From positions 65,224,001-65,288,000 of the forward strand of contig OX597831.1 in NCBI GenBank assembly GCA_951406725.2: a stretch of 64,000 nt of DNA, in the 5' to 3' direction. The notes under the pieces were generated by a model, which worked only from the letters and a program-made list of their open reading frames with translations, had not been told where the DNA came from and searched no databases. Of this stretch, positions 13,101-24,730 are shown one piece after another. Position numbers and translations under genes: made by a program. Source of the DNA: Octopus vulgaris. Lineage: Eukaryota. Every line of letters begins with the position of its first letter. Positions within the stretch are counted from its first letter, which is position 1.

Positions 13101-13744
13101 CTACAAAACACGAAAAAGAAAAATAATGAGATAAAAATATATAACAAGTCAGTAAAAAAAAGTATGTAAATTATAAACTCAACATATATAAAAGTTATAA
13201 GAAGAATATAAGCAACAGAATATAGCACAAATAATATAAAATAAAATTATAAATATAACTTGGACATTCTACAAGCAAAAATTTCATGGAATTACATAAT
13301 AAATTAACAAATGGCACGCAATCCTTACTAGAAATATGCTCAAATTGCAAACAGGGTGATGACATGGCATTGATGTTTAATACAAAACTCAAAGCTTCAC
13401 TCTAATGTTAGGCAAGAATAACAAATTGATAAATAACTGTACTTAAGAGATAAAGTTTTAAAGAATGATCAAATTCAATGGAGTTAATGGAGTTAACAGT
13501 TCAGAAATAACAAGTGTCTTATCTGAAAGGTCAACTTCTGACAAAGTACAAAAGTTTGAAAAAACATAAAACCTAGATTATAACTTTATAAAAATGAATG
13601 CTTAAATGGCAGAAAGTATGTTGATCAGATAATGGATAAATTTTAAGTAAAATAACAGGCCTTAATATATGCCCTTCAATTAAAAAAAAAGAATCTCAAG
13701 TTATTATTTGACATGTTTGTAATAACATCACACTGGGCTAAATG

Positions 13745-14110
13745 CTATTTCATTTGCAGTTACATTCTGAGTTCAAATTCTACCAAGGTCGACTTTACCT
13801 TTCATCCTTTTGGGGTCGGTTAAATAAGTATCAGTTATGCACTGGAGTCGATATAATCAACTTAATCCGTTTGTCTGTCCTTGTTTGTCCTCTCTGTGTT
13901 TAGCCCCTTGTGGGTAGTAAAGAGATAGGTATTTCATTTGCCGTTACATTCTGAGTTCAAATTCTACCAAGGTCAACTTTGCATTTCATCCTTTTGGGGT
14001 CGATTAAATAAGTACCAGTTACGCACTGGAGTCGATGTAATTGACCTAATCCCTTTGTCTGTCCTTGTTTGTCTCTTGTATATTTATGCCCATGTGGGGA
14101 ATAAAGAAAT
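13745..14110 (+). mobile_element. SINE family B, tandem partial dimer
   Basis: Two head-to-tail units of ttacattctgagttcaaattc...ggggtcg...taaataagtaccagtt...gtgggtagtaaagagatagg; related copies at 19367-19867(-) and about 59415-59630. Confidence 0.8.
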
Positions 14111-15331
14111 AAATAACATATCCAAGTTTTTAGTAAAATTCTGCACAGTGCATTTGTGTTAGAAAACTACCCACCAATTTGAATATACCTTTGTTTTAGT
14201 CATCATGGAATGAATGCAAATTGTACATATGAATAAAGAGATAATTTGATGTTCGCCAGAAGTCAAAAATAGCACAAGTGTAAAATGTTTTTAGTATTAT
14301 TATATCTTCCTCTCTAATTTAAATATACCGAATTTATAACATTGTTATAGTCTTGTGGTACCATAGAAAAAAGCTAGAGAAACCTTTATATTATTGGTTT
14401 TATGGCTCTACAAGCTGAGTTCAAATGCAGTCAAGGCTGATATTAAGTCTCATCTCTGTAAATACCAATAATATATTGGTATTGATTTAATTGATTATAA
14501 CTTGCCCTAACAATCTGTAACACTGTGCCAATGCGAGAAACAATTACTATGGTCTTTTATCAAAATTTTTTTCATCATTTCACAAGTTAGATGACACATT
14601 TATCTTTATGATTTAGCAAGAAATGGTGTGTACAACAATCACTGTGTTCTTAGACATATAAATTAGGGACAAGATTTCAGTATATTCATCCCTACATTTT
14701 GGTTGACAGATTAACGAAGCTAACTTTTCGATTAATGATGCCCACCTCAGCTTATATATATATATATATATGTAGTTGAAATTTACAAAAAGACAAAACA
14801 AAAGACAAAAACAGGTGGGTTAACAACAAACAGATGTATCAGTTTAATCCTCAGGAAGTGAGAAACTCTTATGTTTCAAGCTTATGCTCTTCAACAGGAA
14901 AGAACACAGAAATAAACAGAGGAAATAAAATATACATACATATATATGTATATGTATGTGTGTGTGTGTGTGTGTGTGCATATATATCATCATCATCATC
15001 ATTTAACGTCCGTTTTCCATGCTAGCATGGGTTGGACAGTTTTGACTGAGGGCTGCACCAGGCTCCAGTCTTGATCTGGCAGAGTTTCTACAGCTTGATG
15101 CCCTTACCCTAATGCTAACCACTCCGAGAGTGTAGTGGGTGCTTTTTACGTGCCACCTGCACGGGGGGCAGTCAGGCAGTACTGACAATGACCTCGCTCG
15201 AATGTTTTTACAGGTGCCAGTGAAGCAACGTTGGTAACGATATATATATAAATACATACATATATATACATGATAGTTGCCAACTCAATTTTAAGTAGAG
15301 CCATTGCATGATTTTTTAATGCCCTAGAATA

Positions 15332-15812
15332 TCATTGATGAACTGCACAAATATGGCTTTTGAGGCCTACCAAAGACTTGCATGGTTTTTGATAATTAGT
15401 GCAAGAAAACTTGGTGATTATACAGTTTACAGCTCCATGAACTTTACTATGCCTTTTCAAACCACTTTTTAATCTGCATACTTTATGAGAGAGCATGCAT
15501 TCGAAATTATCTGTCCATCTATAATCATTGCACAGTTGTGCAATGTGTGATTTCATATGGCGCTTTAGTGCAGCCTAACTAAGACAAATCTTTCCACATT
15601 CATCACGTTCATTAATGCTTGTTAGAACATCATTCCTGTCACTTTTTCTCATCTTTCTTTTGATCTTTGCCTGATCCATTCTCTTCCTTTTAAATTCATT
15701 TTTGCCTTCATACACAACTTTTTTTCCCATTTTTCTTGGCAATGCGCTAAATCTTCCCAGTTGTCAATTGGAACATTTATCTTATTCAATCCTGACTTCT
15801 GACAATCTTTGT
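15332..15812 (-). mobile_element. Degraded RTE-LINE ORF C-terminus with three C2H2 zinc fingers
   Basis: YKDCQKSGLNKINVPIDNWEDLA (RTE C-terminal motif), then xDECGKICLS*AALKRHMKSH, CMLSHKVCRLKSGLKRHSKVH and CTNYQKPCKSLVGLKSHICAVH, with stops and frameshifts. Confidence 0.7.
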
Positions 15813-15919
15813 ATACACATACATACATATGTACACATACATATATATATATACATACTTCCAAAGCTTTCTCAGAACTGGGAAGACATAATATGCACTA
15901 TGAATAAGGGAGGTATAAT

Positions 15920-17370
15920 TCCTAGGAATTATAGACCTGTCTCTCTAACTTCTTATGTGAGCAAAGTCATGGAGTGCATTGTCAAGAAGAAACTCCTTGT
16001 TTTCCTTGAAGATAATGACTTGCTTCCTGACACCCAGCATAGTTTTCGCTCAGGAAGAAGCTGCCTTACACAGCCTTTGCAGTGCCATGACCAAGAGTTG
16101 AAACAATTAATGAATCACTCAAACGTGGATGTGATATATTTTTACTTTGCAAAGGCCTTTGATATGGTTGATCATGGGCGGATATGTCACAAATTGCGGA
16201 GACTGAGCATAACTGGGAAATTTGGAGAGTGGTTCAAGGACTTCTTAAAAAACAGAAGCCAGGCTGTAGCAGCCAACGGAGCCTTCTCCATGGAGAAAGT
16301 AATAGAAAGTAGAGTGCCCCAGTAGAGAGGGACTGTTGCTGTTCATGGCAGCTCTATCGGACATGCCATTAGTTACACAGACAGCCACACTTACTAGCTA
16401 TGCCGATGACACAAAAGTAGTACAAGCAGTCAAGGAACCTGCTGAGGTTAATCTTCTTCAGAAAGACCTGGATGCCATATATAAATGGGCTGAGGACAAT
16501 ATGCAATTTAATGCAGGCAAATTCCCAGCCCTCTGCTACCAGCTAATTGGTGCTCAGAAGTCACAACAATGATACTCTGGACCAAAAGGAGCGGCAATTC
16601 TAGAATCACAAGCGGTGCATGATCTTGGGATTGATATGAGCAACGATGCTTCGTTTCACATGCATATCACCAAGATGGTAACAGTGTGCAGGCGAATGGC
16701 TAGATGGATTCTGAGAACCTTCAGAACAAGGGACCATGAAACTATGCTGATCCAATGGAGACATTTGTCCTCAGCCATCTGGACTACTGCTCTCAAATGT
16801 GGTCACCTTACAGTATAGGATTACTAGCAGAATTTGAGTGATGCTACACGAGGAAGATGGCATCAATGGAACAGCTGAGCTACTGGGGGAAACTGAGAGG
16901 GCCACGACTCTACTCCCCAGAGTGAAGACAGGAGAGATATGCAGTGCTATATGTGTGTAAGATACTGGAGGGCCTGGCACCAAACTTTGGAATTGAGAGT
17001 TATACCAGACCTTGAAAAGGACGTCACTGCACTGTTCCAAAAAGGCCCAGGTGTGTCATCTGAGGTGAGGACCATGTACTGTAATAGCCTGGGATTCAAG
17101 GGCCCACAGCTATTTAACTCCTTGCCAAAACACCTGGTGGATCTCCATGGAGTGGGAGTAGATGTTTTCAAGTAATAGCTTGACTTCTTGCTATCCAAGT
17201 TCCCAGATGAACCAATACCAAGGCAGGAAACTCAAAAGAAGTCAGCCATATTGAACACCCTCCTCCACCAAAAGCAATCGCTTAGAATCGGCCAATTAAA
17301 AGGTAATTACACCGGTGGTGCCCCAGCATGGTCACAGCCTCGGGGCTGAAACATATAAAAGAATAAAAGT
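15920..17370 (+). mobile_element. CR1-clade LINE, 5'-truncated, with intact 3' tail
   Basis: NYRPVSLTS, QHSFRSGRSCLTQ, FAKAFD, YADDTK, MQFNAGK, GPQLFNSLP motifs with frameshifts; 3' tail ggtggtgccccagcatggtcacagcctcggggctgaaac...aaaagaataaaag. Confidence 0.92.
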
Positions 17371-17858
17371 ATACATACATACATATACATACGTACATAC
17401 ATACATATACATACCTATATACATACATACATATATACATACATACATATATACATACATACATATATATACATACATATATACATACATATATACATAC
17501 ATACATATATACATACATATATACATACATACATATATACATATATATATATATACATATATATATATACATATATATATACATACATACATATATATAT
17601 ACATATATATATACATACATACATATATATATACATATATATATACATACATACATATATACATACATATATATATACATATATATATACATACATATAT
17701 ATATACATATATATATACATACATATATAAATACATACATATATATATACATACATATATATATACATACATACATATATAAATACATATATATACATAG
17801 ATATATACATACATATATACATACATATATACATACATATACATACATATGTACATAC

Positions 17859-17891
<33 letters not shown>

Positions 17892-17921
17892 CATTCATAT
17901 ATACATAAATATATATATATA
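17371..17921. repeat. Long (TACA)n/(TA)n microsatellite
   Basis: About 550 bp of compound repeat directly following the LINE tail. Confidence 0.97.
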
Positions 17922-18489
17922 TTGTTATGGCGAAGTCATTGACACCCCTAACAGATTGGAGAATGGACTAGCCAAACTCTTATAAAGAGTAGTAGTTGGA
18001 GAGAGCATTTTGGTAGCCTCACAAAGTACGTCATGTGAACACATTGATTAACCTTCCGCTGCATAATTTATCTATACCCACTTGTGGCAAGATATAAAAT
18101 ATATATACACATACATCCATATACATACATATATTAATATATTTATACATAATATGAAAAATATAAATATGTTTATAATAAAAGCACTAATGAGTAGTGC
18201 CACATGCTATCACTGTTTATTACAGGCTGACTATTTGATAAAATCTTACATAGATTTTATCTTTGATTACAAAGATAAATACAAAATACTTCAACCAAAT
18301 TATTTGCTGCAGAATTATTTTAGTCCTATTCACACATGGCTGAACGAATTGGATTTAGCTATTGTCAACCCAAGGTGCCATGCAGGATGGATTGATGGAC
18401 GGATAGATAGATAGATAGAGGCAAATTGAAAATTAAAAATAAAAACAAAACAACAAAAGTCAAAAGGACATACACATGGTATGTATTAG

Positions 18490-18599
18490 GTCCCCAAAGT
18501 CCATCCCCTCCTCACCGTGGTGGGGACGCTGGCAACGGGTAGTGTCACAGCTATGCCGTCGGGAACTTCGGTTCCTGGTAGGGCCACCCAAGGTGGATT
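18490..18599 (+). ncRNA. Candidate HDV-like self-cleaving ribozyme
   Basis: P1 GUCCCCA(18490-96)/UGGGGAC(18521-27); P2 AGUCCAUC(18498-505)/GGUGGAUU(18592-99); P3 with one mismatch around L3 UCCUCACC(18509-16); P4 base UGGC/GCCA enclosing a C(UUCG)G hairpin; J4/2 CCAA. Folded by eye only. Confidence 0.55.
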
Positions 18600-18893
18600 G
18601 GTCTGACACTGAGTGGTATTAGGGCCACAACCCGGCAGATGGGGCTCTGGTGAAAATCCTCGGAGTGTCTGTTTCTGCAACCGGCGGCTCCTTGGTCGTT
18701 CTGTCCCTGCGTCTGCGGACAATCTGCAGCAAACAGGATGTGTCCACATGTGGGATTGTTGGGGACCGCTTGTGAAATCCACATATTCCCACAAAACTTC
18801 TTCTGCCATGGTTCGAGATGCCTCGAGGGTGGAAGAAGAAGCCGACTCAACCCGCCCAGGGTGAATGTCGCCACAAGTACAAGTAAGTAAGAT
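18490..18893 (+). mobile_element. Non-autonomous RTE-derived retroelement (RTE 5'UTR-like head, AAGT-type tail)
   Basis: 10-bp TSD tatgtattag at 18480-18489 and 18894-18903; head contains gctatgccgt...agggccacccaag, resembling RTE/BovB 5'UTRs; tail acaagtacaagtaagtaag; GC-rich and without a credible ORF. Confidence 0.8.
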
Positions 18894-19366
18894 TATGTAT
18901 TAGTTTGATGCTCAGTATAAAATCGAAAAAAGAGTGGGTGTGTTGCACGCTCACATGAATCTTTTATGTCCTTCCGATGATGATTTGGAGTACTTAATTC
19001 TTGGATTTCCCAACACTGGATTGCACTACCCTTTGAATTCCTCAGAGTATTTTTGTAGTTTTGATGATATATATAATCACGTTCATTCATTGGAACAACA
19101 AGGACCACTCAGTATCTTTAACGATGACTGATGACTATCCTAGCGACTTTATTTAAAGTGAAGAAAAGCTGGCTAACATCAACTTCATTCTCTCTCATCT
19201 GTAACCATCTTTGAATCCAGTGGCAGGACCTTCACACTCTCTCTCTTTCTCCCCCCCCCCCCACCAAACACACACACCATTCTGGATACTTTTTTTCCTA
19301 AAGGTTATTTTTTAAAATTATTTACCTTGGCAAAGATGGTGCATTATAACATTATAATCATCATAC

Positions 19367-19867
19367 CTATTTTCTTTACTACCCACAAGGGGCTACACGC
19401 AGAGCGGACAAACAAAGACACACAAACGGATTAAGTCGATTATATCGACCCCAGTGCATAACTGGTACTTATTTAATCTACCTTGAAAGGATGTAAGGCA
19501 AAGTCGACCTTGGCGGAATTTGAACTCAGAACGTAGCGGCAGATGAAATACCTATTTCTTTACTATCCACAGTGTGCAGGCGAATGGCTAGATGGATTCT
19601 GAAAACCTTCAGAACAAGGGACCATGAAACTATGCTGATCCAATGGAGACATTGGAGACACAATGGAGACACAGAGGGGACAAACAAGGACAAACAGATT
19701 AAGTTGATTATATCGACCCCAGTGCGTAACTGGTACTTATTTAATCTACCCCGAAAGGATGAAAGACAAAGTCGACCTCGGCAGAATTTGAACTCAGAAC
19801 GTAGCAGCAGATGAAATACCGCTAAGTATTTCGCCCAGCGTGCAAACGTTTCTGCCAGCTCGCCGCC
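19367..19867 (-). mobile_element. SINE family B dimer carrying an 85-bp templated insertion
   Basis: Head ggcggcgagctggcagaaacg at 19867; two units; foreign segment at 19569-19653. Confidence 0.85.
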
Positions 19868-20413
19868 ACATTATAATCATAATACCATAGGTAAAATTGC
19901 ACAGCAGTATTTATTCCAGTTCTTTACTCTAAGTTAAAAATTTGCTGAGGGCAACTTTGCCTTTCAAAGTTAATAAATTAAAGTCAAGTACAGGAGAGCA
20001 AAATAATCCACTATACTATCCTCCAGATATATGGCCTCGTGCTCTTGTTAGAAACTATTTATCTTGGCAATGAAGAAATACGAAAACAAAAACTTACCAA
20101 CCCATTACTTTATCATAGAAGGTATTGTCTACAATAAGCATGTCAAGTGTAAATCACTCTGGTACAGAGCAGCTCTCCAGTCAGACATTGTAGATACCAA
20201 GAGTAAGTGAAACGAAATAAGCTCAAGTGGATATTCAAACCTACATTGCATACTTGGATTTCCAGAAAAAGAAGATTGCCACCACCACCATCACTGCATA
20301 GCCCTTAAAAATCATCATATCAAAACAGGATAATGATAAAGTAGCACAGATTTTTGTTAAGTACTAACATAGAACTTATATACAACTGAAGTTTGAGATC
20401 AGTTACTCTAGAT

Positions 20414-20670
20414 TAGCAGTTCTCAACCATTTTTTACCTACGGAGCCCTTTGATTCCTATATTACTCTGGGCGGTAGGGGCTCATAAGTCATTCAATTCT
20501 AATAAGTCCTATTATATTTTTATGATTAAATATTATAAGGAATTGTACAAAAAATGTTTAAATATTTTATGTATCATAGAAATATAACTAGTTTATTGCG
20601 CAATAAATATTAACAGCAAAATCTTATATGGATTTCAAAGAGCCATATGGGCTCCACTTGAGAACCACCA
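20414..20670. mobile_element. hAT (Charlie-like) MITE
   Basis: TIR tagcagttctcaa ... ttgagaaccacca; 8-bp TSD ctctagat / ctccagat, fitting the Charlie target NTCTAGAN. Confidence 0.8.
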
Positions 20671-21313
20671 CTCCAGATTATATAAAAAAGAAAGACTAAT
20701 AAAAATTGATGAAAAAGAAATGTTTTCCTTTTCATTTGTATAGCTATTAATTTTCTGTAGCTAACTATTATTTGATTGGTTTACGCCTATTTTAGCATGG
20801 TTCATTATTGCTTTTGTTGTTGATATTAGGTGAATGAGATGGGTATTTACAAACTTGTTGGAAGTAGATCAGCTAGAATATCTATAAGACAAAGTACCAA
20901 ATCAATATGATTCACCATCATTATCATCATCATCATTTAACGTCCGCTTTCCATGCTATCATGGGTTGGATGATTTTGACTGAGGGCTGGCAAACCAGAT
21001 GGCTGCACCAGGCTCCAATCTTGATCTGGCAGAGTTTCTACAGCTGGATGCCCTTCCTAACGCCAACCACTCCGAGAGTGTAATGGGTGCTTTTTACATG
21101 CCACTGGCACTGGGGCCCAGTCAGGAGGTACTGGCAACGACCTTGCTCGAATCTTTTTACATGTGCCACTGGCACAGGTGCCAGTGAAGTAAAGCTCTAC
21201 AGATGTTTCATTCACATTAGATAAGTTTTTGTTGTAAAGTGGGTTCCTCCTACCGGCGTGATGTGTGACTGCCATTGTATTGTAGTTGCTGTTATACGCT
21301 AGCAGCCAAAATA

Positions 21314-24300
21314 GTTACTAGTCATTGGATACCCCACAACTGCAGTCTGTTTGCCGTGTCGGGATTCCTTTCTTGGATCTGTATATCCTTATTAGAGATC
21401 CATGGTCTGTTTGCAGCCAAAAATATGTCATGACTGAACCTGTGGAATTTTTTCACACCAAATATAATAGCCAACACCCTTTTTTTTAATCTGGCTATGA
21501 CTCTTTTCCACCAGCAATAATGTCCTTGACATGTGAGCTATGAATTTTCTCCTGCCACCATCACCTTGTGTAAGAGCATGGCTCCTATCCCATACTTGCT
21601 AGCATCTGTAGCTAGTATTATCTCTAACTGTGGGTTGAAATGTGTAAGATACAAGTTAACACGTCTTTTAACTTATTAAATACTTTCTGGCATTTCTCTG
21701 TCCAAATCCATTTGGCATTTTTTTTTAAGTAATTCATTAAGTGGTGCCTTTACTATATATACATTTGGGATATGCACTTGGTAATAATTTACCAAGCCTA
21801 GGAATGCTTGTAGCATTGTCACGTTCATCGGGGGAGGCATATTTCATATTGCCATCACCCTTGATGGGTCCAGCCTGTGTCCACTTCATCAATTACTTGA
21901 CTTAAGTATTTTAGTCTTCCATCAAAGTTCGCATTTTACTTCTGTCAGTTTTACCCAGTATTCATTTATTCTCTCGAATACTTTACGTATTTGGCGTGTT
22001 GCACCCAAGAGTTGCTCTTTATCAAATGTCGTCGAGGTATGCAATGGCGAAATCGCAATCACTTAACATTGCATCCATTATTATGTTGGAATACAGCGGG
22101 TGCCACTTTTACTTCAAATGGCAGTCGCTTGAACTTGTACAATCCACGGTGTGTGTTGATTGTTAGTAGATGTGAGCAATCTTCCTCTAACTGAACTTGA
22201 AGGTAGACCTCTGAGAGGTCAAACTTCAAGAAAATTTTCTCTCCGTTTAGTTAAGCAAATACTTCTGGGTTTGGTAGTGGGTAATTGTGTGTGAGTAAAC
22301 AGTCATTTAATCCAGTTGAGAAGTCTGTGCACACTAAGCTTTTTTTTTTTTTTTTTTACGTTGACCGCCAGTGCTGCCCAGTCTGTATGGTCAATCTTTG
22401 CAATTATATTCAGGCTTTCCAACCTTTCTGGTTCTTTATTGACCTTGTCTACTGCTGCAAACGGCACATTCCTTTTGGGTTTGAAAATAGGTGTTGAACT
22501 TTCTTTGATAGCAATTCTTGCTTTTGCTTTCGTGCAACAGCCTAAACCTTCTGAAAAATCTTCTGGGAAAGTTTCTCTTATTTTATTGTCTCAACTCATT
22601 GACCTCGTTCAATCGTTTGACTGTTCTGTTTACGTTACTGCACAAAATGCTTATGGGTGTATCCCATATATTAAATTTCTCCATACAATTTGGTGCCAAA
22701 TAAATTCATGGATTTTTTCTACACATAAACATTCACATTTTTTGGTTCAACCTTTCTGTTCTGTTTGTTGAAGTCACAACTTTTTCTGCTGACAATCTAT
22801 TTATTCTTTCTTGGTTGTTCCATTTTCCTATCAGTCTAGTTTTGCTGTGTAATTTTTATATGTCCTGTAAACCCACAGCGAAAGCACTTTGTTTTTTAAA
22901 TGGACAACCTTTTTTCAGGTACATCCCACCACATACCACACATGGGTCTACATCCCAATATTATTTCTGTTTTTCCTGCTACACTTTGTCTTCTGACTTT
23001 TTTTGCACTTGTCTTATGTGAAAACACTCCCTCCATTGAATTCTTTTATGTCATGCCTTAATTTTATTATTATGTCACACTCTTCCGACAATTTCTGCAA
23101 TGTCAAATCCAGTTTTGCTAGAATCTTCATTTGGATTTCTGCATCCCTTTTATCTGTCAATCCTTGTGTAAAAATCAAACACTTGAAAGAATCTGGAGTA
23201 AGCAAATCCACCCTAAATCTCTTACATTCTTTGTTGACTCTGCCTGTGTAAGAAGTGAAATCTTCATCTTTGCTCTTTTCTATGTTTAAACATTTCCATC
23301 TAGTATTAAACGGTGAGTTCTTTTCACTTATCATTTTGCACAAAATATCAACCGTGTTCGTGAAATTTATGTTGGACACATTTTCTTTTGGCAATATGAT
23401 GTTACTATGCTTTTTATGCTCTGCTGTTGCTAGTTTTCTTAAAACTAGACACGTTTTTATTTAATCTTGTCAATCCTGATGTTCTTTACTCTCTCTCTCT
23501 TTACTCTTTTACTTGTTTCAGTCATTTGACTGCGGCCATGCTGGAGCACCGCCTTTAGTCGATCAGATCAACCCCAGGACTTATTCTTTGTAAGCCTAGT
23601 ACTTATTCTATCGGTCACTTTTACCGAACCGCTAAGTTACGGGGACATAAACACACCAGCATCGGTTGTTAAGCGATGTTGGTCGGACAAAGACAACACA
23701 CACACATATATATATATACAGATATACAACGGGCTTCTTTCAGTTTCCGTCTACCAAATCCACTTACAAGGCTTTGGTCAGCCCAAAGCTATAGTAGAAG
23801 ACACTTGTCCAAGGTGCCACGCAGTGGGACTGAACCCGGAACCATGTGGTTGGTAAGCAAGCTACTTACCACACAGCCACTCCTGCACCTATTAAACATT
23901 TGTTCAAATCTTCGAAAGTAAACCCCAAATGTTACTCCTTCTGCGGGGTCATATTTGAATTCACTTATGGAACTTACTACATGGTCAGTTGAAAATGTAT
24001 TTTCTGGTTAGGTTATCAACATCATAAGTTGTAACATTTGCTGCTGCAATCCTTGTTGTTCTCATTGTTCTTTGAGTTGTTGTTGTTGTTTTTGCAACTC
24101 AACTACCCCAGCTAACAAGTCTTCCATATTTTACAATTTTTATAAGTTTGCACAAAATTTTTGTTTCTTTTTGTTGAGTTAATTTTCCATGTGAATAGGT
24201 TTAAACACTCCGTGTGAATGGGTTTTTTTTTTTTACACTGCATAAATTTGTTTTTCCTTGTCACCACTTTTGTTACTAGTCATTGGATACCATTGTACTT

Positions 24301-24730
24301 TTAACTTCTAACTTACTATTGCTGATAGTGCCACAAGACACCAACGAGAACTGTCAACTCTTTGACTCACGACCCTAACTCGATGACAGGCTACTGGTTT
24401 ATTTATAATGACTGCCTCCTACCACTTTTTACCAGGAGGCGGGTATACAGTTTCACAAAGTAAAGTCTTTGTGAATGAGTTCTGTCATAATGGATACAAG
24501 TTTCCCCAGCAATTTACTTTCCTACTTCAATTAACAGATCTCCTCTCTTATTCTTTTCTAAATAGGAGAGTTCAAAAATTAAGCTTTCAATTTCAGTTTC
24601 TTGCTATTTCTATTTTTCTTATCACCCACATTGGTCTTCTCTCTCTCAGTATCTGATCTACAATGTTACCCACCATACTTCATCCATTGTATTCTATGGC
24701 TGAAATACAACTATCCATCATTACTTAACA
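21314..24730 (-). mobile_element. Degenerate Ty3/Gypsy LTR retrotransposon (gag, RT, RNase H; integrase missing)
   Basis: Minus-strand motifs FKCLIFTQGL (gag), a Cys/His knuckle, LTINTHRGLYKFKRLPF, AIAYLDDI (about 22025-22050), ATDAS and GVKKFH (RNase H). PBS-like tggtgacaagg at 24256-24266 next to the LTR end at 24271. A SINE is inserted at 23483-23889. The right boundary is uncertain. Confidence 0.85.

Noticed and set aside
13010-13228. ORF ending SESLCPLNPDSNNKWGELSLFQPSRTERC
   Set aside because: Wrong frame of IRP exon 2; the spliced frame gives NPYAHL...DVRY.
17282-17898. Long YI/CM/HT-rich ORFs (also 4310-4750 and 37237-37963)
   Set aside because: Translations of microsatellites.
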